This document shows, piece after piece, positions 27,011-34,800 of a stretch of 39,210 bases of DNA. The translations under genes and the position numbers were made by a program. The notes under the pieces are model-generated. The model saw only the letters and a program-made list of their open reading frames with translations. It was not told the origin of the DNA and searched no databases. Each line of letters begins with the position of its first letter. Within the stretch, counting starts at the first letter, position 1. The stretch comes from a virus (Duplodnaviria; Caudoviricetes), in the IMG/VR virus record IMGVR_UViG_3300033480_000010, positions 1-39,210 of that record; one strand, written 5' to 3'.

Positions 27011-27249
27011 ACACCGAGCCCGCCACCAACGAGCACGGAGAGCGCGCGGCATGGGCTCTTCAACAGTGGGAATCAGAGGTACTCTATCGGCCGGCTGTCA
27101 ACGTGCACCGGAAGATGCTCGACGATAAGTGGCGCGAGATCTACCGGGATGCCACTGGTGGAGACGAGATACCGTACATGACGCACGACGAGCTGGTCGC
27201 TTCCGGCCGATACTCGATCGCGAAAGCGACGAAAGTGGTGTGCCGGTGA
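27007..27249 (+). CDS. Hypothetical protein (80 aa) flanked by 13-bp direct repeats
   Basis: GTGA-coupled start MNTEPATNEHG... Confidence 0.6.
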   Translation: MNTEPATNEHGERAAWALQQWESEVLYRPAVNVHRKMLDDKWREIYRDATGGDEIPYMTHDELVASGRYSIAKATKVVCR

Positions 27250-27590
27250 CCGTAGCGTCCAAGAGCGCCGTGGGGTCACTGCTGGCACTGGCCTACCTGG
27301 TAGCGCTGATCGTCCAGTCCGGGTGCCGCCCCTCAGCCCCCATTCCACCGCCGAGCCCGGGAGGGACAGGGGGTAGCGCATGGGTGGACTACCAGGCGGG
27401 TGGAAGCGCCGGGGCTAGTCCACTCGCTACCGGGGGGACGGCGCCGGCCCCATCGGCCTACGATCGGTGCGTGACCGAGCAGACCGCGGACCCCGTCACC
27501 CGCCGGGTCGCGTCGGAATCGGGAACTCCAGTCCCTACCCTTGTGCGCCGTATCTGCTCCGACCCCGTCATCCAGCGAGGCTACCAGTGA
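27246..27590 (+). CDS. Pro/Gly-rich lipoprotein (spanin-like candidate)
   Basis: Hydrophobic signal ending VQSGC, followed by PSAPIPPPSPGGTGG; two further Cys. Confidence 0.6.
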   Translation: MTVASKSAVGSLLALAYLVALIVQSGCRPSAPIPPPSPGGTGGSAWVDYQAGGSAGASPLATGGTAPAPSAYDRCVTEQTADPVTRRVASESGTPVPTLVRRICSDPVIQRGYQ

Positions 27591-28294
27591 CCGAGCCAAT
27601 CGTCGTCCGAGTACCAACCCTGATCGAGGTCCTGGGGAAGCCCCTGGGCAGGCAGCGCCTGGTCAACTGGCGAGAGGTCGCCCGCCACCTCCCGGTGCGA
27701 GAGGACCTAGAGCTCCGGTCGGTGGCTCACGCGCCGAACGTCGCTGCTCCGCTCGACCAGGGGGGCCTCGGGGCTTGCACCGGGTTTGCCACCGGAGGGT
27801 GCGCGTCCACCGCTCCCTACCCGTACCAGCTGACGGCGGCCGAATGCGTCCGTCTCTACAAGCGCGCCACCCAGCTCGACCCCTTTCCCGGCACCTACCC
27901 TCCAGTGGACACCGGGAGCTCAGGCTGGGCCGCCATGACGGCGGCGTTCGAGGTAGGGTACTTCGACGGGTTCGCCATGACGGCGGGCCTCACAGCGGTC
28001 TTGCAGGCTCTCCAAACCCGCCCCGTCATCCTTGGCCTAGACTGGTACAGCACGTTCGACGACACCGATCCGGACGGGCGCATTCGGTTAACCTCATCCT
28101 GTCAGCTCAGAGGTGGGCACGAGATCAAGGCCGATGAGGTCGACGTCGAAAACGGCCGGGTCTGGGTGCGCAACTCCTGGGGCCTATGGGGTGTAGAGCA
28201 TCGAGGACTATGGGGCTACGGATACCTCACGTTCCGCGACCTCGCCCTCCTGCTCGAGAGTGGCGGCGATGCCTGCGCGCCGGAGCTGCCATGA
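27587..28294 (+). CDS. Papain-like (C1-type) cysteine peptidase
   Basis: LDQGGLGACTGFA (Gln/Cys), GGHEI (His), VRNSWG.WG (Asn), GYGYL. Confidence 0.88.
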   Translation: MTEPIVVRVPTLIEVLGKPLGRQRLVNWREVARHLPVREDLELRSVAHAPNVAAPLDQGGLGACTGFATGGCASTAPYPYQLTAAECVRLYKRATQLDPFPGTYPPVDTGSSGWAAMTAAFEVGYFDGFAMTAGLTAVLQALQTRPVILGLDWYSTFDDTDPDGRIRLTSSCQLRGGHEIKADEVDVENGRVWVRNSWGLWGVEHRGLWGYGYLTFRDLALLLESGGDACAPELP

Positions 28295-28983
28295 CCCTCT
28301 ACATCCCTCCCCTGTGGACCCGCCCGACACATGCCGAGCAGCGCGCCATGGTGGCCGAGGCGTGGAGAATCGAGCTCGCTGAAGAGGCCTCGGTGCCCAC
28401 GCTCGAGATCGTGCAGGCGATGACCGGGCACGAGTCCGTCTATGGCTGCCCGGACAAGCCCGCCGTCTGGGTCGGCTCCGGGAACCACGGGGCGTACCAG
28501 CACAAGTACCCGACGTGCTCGACGGCTCGGCGCCTGGGGCAGCCGTGGAATCCGCTCGGTGGGTGCTTCAGCGCGAGCGATACGCACCCGAATGCGGACG
28601 GAACCTCGACCGCCTACGGCGTGTGCTTCCGCGCATACCAGAGCCACCTCGCCGGAATCCTAGACGTGGTGGTATGGATCCGCCGGCACGCTCGGACGCT
28701 GGCAGCGACGCGCTCTGGGCTCGTGCTCGAGTTTTCGACGGCGCTCAGGCTGGACGGCTACTACGAGGGGTTCGGTAAGACGCAAGACGAGCGGATCGCG
28801 AACCACGCCAAGTCAATCACCAAGTGGGTCAACGCGATCCGGCGCGGCCTCACTGGGACCGAGGAGGTCTACCCGTCCGAGACGGTGGAGCTCCAGGGAT
28901 TCACGTGGCAGTCACTGCTCGACGAGTCTGACGCTGATGCGATCCGTGAGCGAGACGAACTTGTGAGGGGGAGACAAGGCTGA
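28291..28983 (+). CDS. Putative endolysin, GH73/glucosaminidase-like lysozyme fold
   Basis: AMTGHESVYG..NHG..FRAYQS...G..D..F..AL...GYY pattern; ATGA-coupled start. Confidence 0.7.
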   Translation: MTLYIPPLWTRPTHAEQRAMVAEAWRIELAEEASVPTLEIVQAMTGHESVYGCPDKPAVWVGSGNHGAYQHKYPTCSTARRLGQPWNPLGGCFSASDTHPNADGTSTAYGVCFRAYQSHLAGILDVVVWIRRHARTLAATRSGLVLEFSTALRLDGYYEGFGKTQDERIANHAKSITKWVNAIRRGLTGTEEVYPSETVELQGFTWQSLLDESDADAIRERDELVRGRQG

Positions 28984-29429
28984 TGCAAATGTCTCCTGAA
29001 TTCCGAGAGATTGTCCCGTGTAGCCTAGGCGAGGATGCGCGCTGCGAGCAAATCGAGCGCTTGAATCGCACGCTCGTCACCCGAGATCAGATCCTCGGGC
29101 AGCACCTATTCAACTTGCTGAACCCAGCGATCCAGCGCAACACCGAAGCGATTGACGCGCTCCGGGTGAGGCTGGGAGAAATCCTCGATCGACTCGAGGA
29201 TCACGAGGAGAAAGAGACCACAGGACAGCACGTGTTCGACCAGCGGATCACCAGAAACGAGGCCGTCGCTGCTCGAGGTCAGGCAATCGCGGAGGCCGCA
29301 CTCGAGGACACTGCTCGGCTCGGGGCGAGACGGGGCCGGCGCAAGGGGCAGCTCGAAACGACGCTGGTGACCCTGCTTGGGATCATCGGGTACGCCATCG
29401 CCAAGCACTACGGAGTGCCGCTACCCTGA
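28983..29429 (+). CDS. Coiled-coil protein with C-terminal TM (lysis accessory candidate)
   Basis: Heptad region followed by TLVTLLGIIGYAIA. Confidence 0.6.
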   Translation: MQMSPEFREIVPCSLGEDARCEQIERLNRTLVTRDQILGQHLFNLLNPAIQRNTEAIDALRVRLGEILDRLEDHEEKETTGQHVFDQRITRNEAVAARGQAIAEAALEDTARLGARRGRRKGQLETTLVTLLGIIGYAIAKHYGVPLP

Positions 29430-29867
29430 TTGACTCTGCGCGAGCGCTCGCAGGTTGGCCCGGTCGAGCGCGTCAAATACCAGACCTCCGGAGCGGCTCA
29501 TCACCCCCGCACCGTCGTCGCGGTCGTACAGCCCCAGGATGTGCCCCACCTCGTGCGTGAGGTAGTCCTCGGCATACTCGTTCCACCGGATGTACACGTT
29601 GTACCCGTCGATCTCCGCGCACGCTGGATCGCTGGGACTATCGCACGGCCACTCGATGTCCGGGTTGATCCAGACGGTAACGTCGCCATTGTCGTAGAGC
29701 ACGATGTGCCGTCCTAGCTCTTCCTCCGAGAGCTGGTTCCAGCGCCGCACCACCCGCTGGACCACCTCGCGCTGCTCGTCGGTTGCGCCGATCGACGGGT
29801 AGATCGCTCGAGGCCAGTCGGTCTCGCCGCAGGCTACTAAGAGCAGAGCCAGTGCCAGTGCTCGCAT
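29421..29867 (-). CDS. Zinc metalloprotease lipoprotein (metzincin-like)
   Basis: MRALALALLLVAC lipobox; HEVGHILGLYD (HExxHxxGxxD); Met-turn GVMS. Confidence 0.82.
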   Translation of the reverse strand: MRALALALLLVACGETDWPRAIYPSIGATDEQREVVQRVVRRWNQLSEEELGRHIVLYDNGDVTVWINPDIEWPCDSPSDPACAEIDGYNVYIRWNEYAEDYLTHEVGHILGLYDRDDGAGVMSRSGGLVFDALDRANLRALAQSQSG

Positions 29868-30148
29868 CAGTCGTGCTCCGGCAGTACTCTGACCAGCTGT
29901 GGGAATACCCCCCGGGTGTGGGGCGCCGTGGCGAGCAACAGGCGAAGTCGCGGCTGTCCCTGGAGTCGCCATAGCTCGAGCCCGTTGCGCCTTCCCCCCA
30001 CGAAGTGGGCGGATCTGAGCGCTTCGAGCAGCGCTTCCTTGGCCGCGTCGAATTGCTCGTCGTCGGGGTCGCTCGTGCTCCCGGTGGAGATCCGGTGGTA
30101 GTCCAGGATCGCCGTGCGGGTGATGTACCAGGGGGAGCGGGTGGTCAT
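29867..30148 (-). CDS. Hypothetical protein (93 aa)
   Basis: GGAG SD; MTTRSPWYITRTAILDY...; coupled to both neighbours. Confidence 0.6.
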   Translation of the reverse strand: MTTRSPWYITRTAILDYHRISTGSTSDPDDEQFDAAKEALLEALRSAHFVGGRRNGLELWRLQGQPRLRLLLATAPHTRGVFPQLVRVLPEHD

Positions 30149-30276
30149 GGCTTGTCGCTCCAGGAGATCCTGACTCCTATGCAGGGCAGCGGTAGCACGT
30201 AGAGTACCCGTGACCGTCGATCCCAGTACGCACCGATCCACAGGTCGTACCACGCGAGCACAAGACGGACGGTCAC
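30145..30276 (-). CDS. Small aromatic-rich phage protein (43 aa)
   Basis: MTVRLVLAWYDLWIGAYWDRRSRVLYVLPLPCIGVRISW; 4-nt overlaps at both ends; absent from ORF track. Confidence 0.65.
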   Translation of the reverse strand: MTVRLVLAWYDLWIGAYWDRRSRVLYVLPLPCIGVRISWSDKP

Positions 30277-30494
30277 GGGAGCACCCGTGCGGCTTCTTCG
30301 CGGCATAGTTCCGCCCAGCTCTCTCTCGGTACGCGCACGAGAGCCACGTCGTCTGGGCGCTGGTTGTCCCAGCGGGCAAAGTACACCTGCCCTCGTGCTA
30401 CCTCGTGGACCACGATCGTTCGCGATCCGTTTGTCAGCCGATCGCCTGCTTCCGGATCAACCAGCGGAGAGCGTGCGGGCGCTACTCGTGTCAC
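30273..30494 (-). CDS. Hypothetical protein (73 aa)
   Basis: GTGA-coupled; MTRVAPARSPLVDPEAGDRL... Confidence 0.55.
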   Translation of the reverse strand: MTRVAPARSPLVDPEAGDRLTNGSRTIVVHEVARGQVYFARWDNQRPDDVALVRVPRESWAELCREEAARVLP

Positions 30495-30715
30495 GGGCAC
30501 CCTGCCTCCCAGTACGCCTCGACCACGTCCGCCTCCGCCTCGAGGACCAGGATCTCGGACAGGGCTCCGTGCACGTAGCGGTCGCGTGCGACATCGACGT
30601 GCTCGACCAGGGCGGCCTCGAGCCGGTCCACCCGGCGACGCATGGCCACGGTCGAGCGAGCCCGGGCGGCTCGGGAGACGGCGTGGGTCGGGTGGTAGAG
30701 AAATTGGATGCGCAT
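30491..30715 (-). CDS. Hypothetical protein (74 aa)
   Basis: AGGAG SD; tiles with neighbours. Confidence 0.6.
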   Translation of the reverse strand: MRIQFLYHPTHAVSRAARARSTVAMRRRVDRLEAALVEHVDVARDRYVHGALSEILVLEAEADVVEAYWEAGCP

Positions 30716-30733
30716 GGCGGCAGATCTCCTGGC

Positions 30734-30985
30734 TCAACGACCCGGCCGACCGCGACCGCGACCGCGAACAGGGTAGTGAGCAATCTTGAATCCGTACACA
30801 GCCGCAAATCCTTCTGCCGCTTCAAAATCAGGGAATCTCGCCACTGGCATACCGGTACCCGCCTCGCACCCGTCCCATGACAGGCGAGCGCCGGCTACGC
30901 GCTTCAGCACCACGTAGCTCCCTTGTGGGTCGCAGTATTCCTCAATCAGTACGTCGCTAAAATTCGGTCGTCGTATTGAACGCAC
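30734..30985 (-). CDS. Hypothetical protein (83 aa)
   Basis: AGAGG SD before GTG. Confidence 0.55.
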   Translation of the reverse strand: MRSIRRPNFSDVLIEEYCDPQGSYVVLKRVAGARLSWDGCEAGTGMPVARFPDFEAAEGFAAVYGFKIAHYPVRGRGRGRPGR

Positions 30986-31000
30986 GTGGGTTCCTCTAAC

Positions 31001-31042
31001 GCCCCGAGCCCCGCGGCCTGGTGGCGGCGGGGCGGAAGGGGC
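31001..31042. terminator. GC-rich hairpin between small early genes
   Basis: GCCCC..GCCCCGC / GCGGGGC..GGGGC inverted repeat; no U tract. Confidence 0.35.
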
Positions 31043-31054
31043 GGGGGGCTCTCA

Positions 31055-31246
31055 TCAGAGCGTGGGGTACTGGTCCGGCACGGTCAGTGTGACCGTCTCG
31101 CGGTCATCGTCGTCGGTCCAGCGGGGCGACAGGTCCCATCCCTCGAGCTCCGGGTGCTCGGCCACGTAGGCTTCGACGGCGGCGGTCAGGCAGTCATCCT
31201 GGTCGGGGTCGGCGGGTACGATGACGGTGATGGTCTTGGTGGCCAT
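31055..31246 (-). CDS. Small acidic protein (63 aa)
   Basis: Strong GGGAGG SD; MATKTITVIVPADPDQDD... Confidence 0.7.
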   Translation of the reverse strand: MATKTITVIVPADPDQDDCLTAAVEAYVAEHPELEGWDLSPRWTDDDDRETVTLTVPDQYPTL

Positions 31247-31418
31247 GGTGGCCTCCCTCTTGAATAGGCCGAGCGACGTGCTCGGGATGATCCAGTTATA
31301 GCCCAGGATTCGTCGGTTTCGGAGCCGGATTAGTGTAGGCGCTCCGAATTTTGAAAGGGTGTTCAGTACGCGGCTTGACCACATTGCCCCGGTGGTGGAT
31401 GGGCGGGAGACTCGGTGG

Positions 31419-31625
31419 ATGGCCCGCTCGCTCCTAGCCTCACTGCTCCTCGTCGCCTGCTCCGGCACCGCCCAGCCCGCCCAGGGCCCGCCGCAACGGA
31501 GCCCCATGCTCGGGATTGCGGAGGCGATGCAGCGGCGTGGTGAGGACCGTACGCGCCGGACCGAGTGCGTCACCGATCGGGTCTATGGTGATCGGTACCG
31601 CACGCGGTGTGAGGAGCGGAGGTAG
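31419..31625 (+). CDS. Small lipoprotein, oriented against the early arm (moron / exclusion candidate)
   Basis: GGGAG SD; MARSLLASLLLVAC lipobox; Cys pair; TTGACC upstream at 31375. Confidence 0.65.
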   Translation: MARSLLASLLLVACSGTAQPAQGPPQRSPMLGIAEAMQRRGEDRTRRTECVTDRVYGDRYRTRCEERR

Positions 31626-31642
31626 CTCCGAGAGATCGGTAG

Positions 31643-31719
31643 TGCCGGAATCGGGCCTCGAACCCGAGGGGAGCCTCGTGCGTGGCTGGCAAGGGGGGTT
31701 GCACGATCTCCGTTCCGGC
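31643..31719 (-). ncRNA. tRNA-like element (intact acceptor and T arms, degenerate D and anticodon arms)
   Basis: GCCGGAA/TTCCGGC 7-bp stem plus A; TCGGG-TTCGAGG-CCCGA T arm; 77 nt; no encoded CCA. Confidence 0.55.
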
Positions 31720-31723
31720 AGAG

Positions 31724-31771
31724 CCACGGGAGCAGCGAGAGGGTTGGGGTGGCTCATTGCTGCTCCCGTGG
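31724..31771. repeat. 13-bp perfect inverted repeat next to the tRNA-like element
   Basis: CCACGGGAGCAGC / GCTGCTCCCGTGG. Confidence 0.75.
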
Positions 31772-31776
31772 GTTAG

Positions 31777-31971
31777 TTATCCTGCTTTGCGCTCCAGGTG
31801 CTTCGTGAGCTCACTCAACAGTCGAGCGCATTCCTTACGTCGCAAGGACGTGCTGTATGCCCGGTTCCCGCCATCGACAACCACCAGCACGAACCCAGCG
31901 TCTATGGGAAGCGTGTCAGAAATTGCTGACCCAATCTCTCCGCACTCTCTCTCGATTTCTTCCTGGGTCAC
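31777..31971 (-). CDS. Hypothetical protein (64 aa)
   Basis: GGAGG SD, GTGA overlap; ..GFVLVVVDG..AYST.. Confidence 0.65.
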   Translation of the reverse strand: MTQEEIERECGEIGSAISDTLPIDAGFVLVVVDGGNRAYSTSLRRKECARLLSELTKHLERKAG

Positions 31972-32741
31972 GACGCTTCCTCCCATTCGACGGCCTCGCC
32001 CTGCTCGAGCTCAGCCGAGTCCCATTCGACGATCGACTCGGAGTAGCCTGGCCACACGCCCGAGTCGGCGCACACCCTGAGTTGCTCGAGCCATAGTCGC
32101 CACGCCCGGCGGCCGTCCTCGAGTAGCCGCTCGGTCGCGTGGTGCACGACGACCAGATGCGGGGGGGCCTTCCCGACGACGATCGAGTAGCACTCCTCGG
32201 GGTTGGGGCTGTTGAGCAGCGTACGGTACCAGTCGAGTTGCGCCGGGTAGCCCATGTACTGCACGCGCCGTTGCCACCGATCGGGTCGCACCACCGTATC
32301 GCTCTTGAGCTCTCCTAGCAGGCCCGGGCCGCGAAAGTCGATCCGCCCTTCGCACTCGAACCCGATGAGCGTTCCTGTGATTTTCTCCTCGCGAATTGGG
32401 CAGCGCGCTAGAAGCGAACTCGCTATTGGGTGGCGCATCACCGACTCGACCATTCCCGCGACGACCCGATACTCCGAGGCGATCAGGATCTCACTGCCGG
32501 AGTGCTCGCGCTGGAAGTCCTGCCACTCTCGGCTCCTCGGGTCTCTCCGTCCCTCGAAGCAGACGACCTCTAGACCACCGAGCACGCGCGAGTGGAATGC
32601 CAATCCGATACGGGCCCAGGCCGTCTCTGGATCATCGTGAGTGCAGTGCCATTGGTAGAGCTCCGCGCACTCGGCCATGTGTTTGAGGTTGCTGAAATGC
32701 ACCGGCTCCCACCACCGGCCGTCGATGCCGTCGATCTTCAT
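31968..32741 (-). CDS. RecE/exonuclease VIII-like PD-(D/E)xK nuclease
   Basis: HFSNLK, GLAFHSRVL, E..CEGRIDF..GELKS, Y..QL.WY, IVVGKAPPH, C...GVWPGY. Confidence 0.85.
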   Translation of the reverse strand: MKIDGIDGRWWEPVHFSNLKHMAECAELYQWHCTHDDPETAWARIGLAFHSRVLGGLEVVCFEGRRDPRSREWQDFQREHSGSEILIASEYRVVAGMVESVMRHPIASSLLARCPIREEKITGTLIGFECEGRIDFRGPGLLGELKSDTVVRPDRWQRRVQYMGYPAQLDWYRTLLNSPNPEECYSIVVGKAPPHLVVVHHATERLLEDGRRAWRLWLEQLRVCADSGVWPGYSESIVEWDSAELEQGEAVEWEEAS

Positions 32742-32944
32742 GACTTCCACTCCTGATGATTCTCGGCGTCGCGCTCCCGAGCTTCCCGAGCCTTCCTGAG
32801 TGCGGACTCAAGGGCCAGAGCCTGCTCTGGCAGAATAGCTGTCGCCAGCACGATTGACACTCGTCCGGTATCGTCGGTTTCGAAGCGCAACTCAAACACA
32901 GCGTCGCCGTCGTCCACTGCCTGAAATACGGTTGTGTTGTTCAC
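32738..32944 (-). CDS. Hypothetical protein (68 aa)
   Basis: AGGAG SD; coupled to neighbours. Confidence 0.6.
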   Translation of the reverse strand: MNNTTVFQAVDDGDAVFELRFETDDTGRVSIVLATAILPEQALALESALRKAREARERDAENHQEWKS

Positions 32945-33447
32945 GGTGTGCTCCTACACTCCAGGTAATTCTCCGCCGTCCACTCGCCAACGAGCACTCG
33001 CCGCACGTCGGCGAGTTGTGCGGCACAGGCTGCGGAACAGGCTGCGGCACAGGCTGCGGCACAGGCTGCGGCCCAGGCTGCGTCCCGGGCTGCGGCCCAG
33101 GCTGCGGCCAGCTCCTCGAGTGTGGACAGCCCGATCGCGAATCTCTCCGCTGTTTCGACCGCGGCGACACTCCGAGGATCCGGAGTCCCGACAAGGGCAA
33201 GCGCGCCACGTGCCCACCAGCACGCCAGCAGCCTGAGCTCAGCAGCAGGGATCCAGTCCTCGTGCAGCAGGACCCACAGGCGATCAGCAGCCGGAATCCC
33301 TGCTAGGTCACATACCTCGATGGTAGTCAACCCCTCAGGAGGTCCGAGCGGTGCGAGGGCATAGTCCGAGTAGCGCTCTCCCGGACGCGAGCAACAGGCT
33401 CCGCGCTGGCGGAGGTATGGGATGGTGATTCGGGTAACGGCCATCAT
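32941..33447 (-). CDS. Phage protein with AAWA/AACA repeats
   Basis: GAC N-terminus, DRLWV..LRLLAC..DPRSVAAVETAERFA.G, Ala-rich repeats. Confidence 0.75.
   Translation of the reverse strand: MMAVTRITIPYLRQRGACCSRPGERYSDYALAPLGPPEGLTTIEVCDLAGIPAADRLWVLLHEDWIPAAELRLLACWWARGALALVGTPDPRSVAAVETAERFAIGLSTLEELAAAWAAARDAAWAAACAAACAAACSAACAAQLADVRRVLVGEWTAENYLECRSTP
33024..33107. repeat. 12-nt tandem repeat (about 7 copies of CACAGGCTGCGG variants), coding
   Basis: Directly visible; encodes AAWA/AACA on the minus strand. Confidence 0.85.
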
Positions 33448-33740
33448 GGTAGCCCCATTTTGCGCAGGAATTTCCTGATAGTCTTTCCGACTTCCGACAT
33501 GAGTTCTGTGTACAGCTCTTCATTTGGATCCTGTCCCCATAGATTGGGACATCCGTTCCGGCGCGCCCCATCCTCGAGCTCTGCGATGCTCCGCTTGCCG
33601 AACCTTCCCATCCTCATAATCTCGATCCGATTGTAGCGGGAAATCTGATCTAGGGTACGCAGGCCGTGTTTCTCACACAGCGCTGCGGTCCTGGGACTGA
33701 GTCCCAGATCTATTGTTTTGACCTTCCTCCAGTCGTTCAT
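33444..33740 (-). CDS. RNA polymerase alpha-CTD-like protein
   Basis: DLGLSPRTAALCEKHGLRTLDQI..EIMRMGRFGKRSIAELE matches the alpha-CTD pattern. Confidence 0.8.
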   Translation of the reverse strand: MNDWRKVKTIDLGLSPRTAALCEKHGLRTLDQISRYNRIEIMRMGRFGKRSIAELEDGARRNGCPNLWGQDPNEELYTELMSEVGKTIRKFLRKMGLP

Positions 33741-34234
33741 TCCTCTTCTCCCGGCTCGCGCATCCTGGGTTTCTCGGGTTCTGTTGTGGCCGCTGACTCC
33801 TCGGTGGTGGCGGGCGGATCGGTGCGATCGTTCGGTCGGTGTTCAGCACGTGCATCTGCCCGAGCCGATTTCGGCACTTGCGGTCGAACCCGGATGCAGA
33901 ATACCTCACCCTCCGGGCAGTGCGTGGTGGTCACGTAGAGCGTGAGAAGCTTCGTCGCCCAGTCGTCGGTGTTGGGGCCGTATAGCTTTTCGATGGTCTT
34001 GCAGATCGTCGCGCCCACCGGAAAACTCCACTCTTTGCGGTTCCGATCGAGCAGGAGCAGCACCGGCTTTTTGCTCTTGCGACCTGCGGGGTCCTGCACT
34101 TCGCCCGCTTTGCACTCGAGGATCTTGACCGTCGTCTCGCAGTGCCGGCCCTTCTCGTCCTCGAGATTGTAGCTCGCGATCTTGGGCCGCCCGAAGTACT
34201 CGCGAGGATCCATTAGCGATCGGTAGTGAGGCAT
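33737..34234 (-). CDS. Phage recombination-module protein (possible ssDNA-binding)
   Basis: GAGG SD; KTIEKLYG..TDDW..K.LTLY..CIRVRP; acidic tail; near the exonuclease. Confidence 0.6.
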   Translation of the reverse strand: MPHYRSLMDPREYFGRPKIASYNLEDEKGRHCETTVKILECKAGEVQDPAGRKSKKPVLLLLDRNRKEWSFPVGATICKTIEKLYGPNTDDWATKLLTLYVTTTHCPEGEVFCIRVRPQVPKSARADARAEHRPNDRTDPPATTEESAATTEPEKPRMREPGEEE

Positions 34235-34236
34235 GG

Positions 34237-34518
34237 TCAGTTGACCTCGGGAGCTGCTGGTTGTTCTGGCTCGGTCTCGTGCGGAACCGGCACATTCGCG
34301 TTGGCCCGCCCGGCGATCGTTTTTACTAGGTCGTCGCGCACGATCGGGTCGTCGATGGCGTGTTCGAAGACGATCTGAAGCGCGACGGTCGCAACAGCAA
34401 TTGCCGCATTCCCTTCGCACTGAGCGGCGGTGAGGTCTCCCTCGATGGTGCGCGCAGCCAGGTAGACCAGCTGGCGCAGGATTTCGACCGACTCTTTGCT
34501 GACCGTTACTGAGTACAT
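34237..34518 (-). CDS. Hypothetical protein (93 aa)
   Basis: GGGAG SD; MYSVTVSKESVEILRQL... Confidence 0.55.
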   Translation of the reverse strand: MYSVTVSKESVEILRQLVYLAARTIEGDLTAAQCEGNAAIAVATVALQIVFEHAIDDPIVRDDLVKTIAGRANANVPVPHETEPEQPAAPEVN

Positions 34519-34796
34519 GACTCGCTCCCGTCGACCTGCTCGGGCTGCTCCACGTCGATATCCTCGAGCTTCGACTCGCGCTCGGGGTGGGCTGCCCATT
34601 CTACGAGCTCGCCCGGGGTCTGATACTCTGGGCTCCAGCAGCGGCTCGGGATGTATCCCGACCATCGCAATTGGACCAAGTTGTGGTTTCCTCCGTACGG
34701 CATAGTCGCCTCGACGCGAACGGAGAAGTACTCTCCGCCCGATGCTGCTCCGAAGGCACGCATTACATCTCGGAACGTACGTATCGGTTCTGACAT
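34506..34796 (-). CDS. Hypothetical protein (96 aa)
   Basis: AGGAG SD; MSEPIRTFRDVM... Confidence 0.6.
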   Translation of the reverse strand: MSEPIRTFRDVMRAFGAASGGEYFSVRVEATMPYGGNHNLVQLRWSGYIPSRCWSPEYQTPGELVEWAAHPERESKLEDIDVEQPEQVDGSESCTQ

Positions 34797-34800
34797 TGGG

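Noticed and set aside
29867-30148. RelE-like toxin of a toxin-antitoxin pair
   Set aside because: Size and pattern are only loosely suggestive; no recognisable catalytic motif or antitoxin partner
31643-31719. Functional decoding tRNA
   Set aside because: D arm and anticodon loop are non-canonical and no anticodon can be assigned; kept only as tRNA-like
31440-31757. 105-aa minus-strand ORF with GGGAG SD
   Set aside because: The SD lies within the 13-bp hairpin, the product is low-complexity, and it overlaps both the tRNA-like element and the lipoprotein gene
33024-33107. 12-nt tandem repeat as a CRISPR array; PQPV-repeat ORF 32892-33209
   Set aside because: No spacers; the repeat encodes the Ala-rich tract of the 32941-33447 gene, and the other frames are shadows
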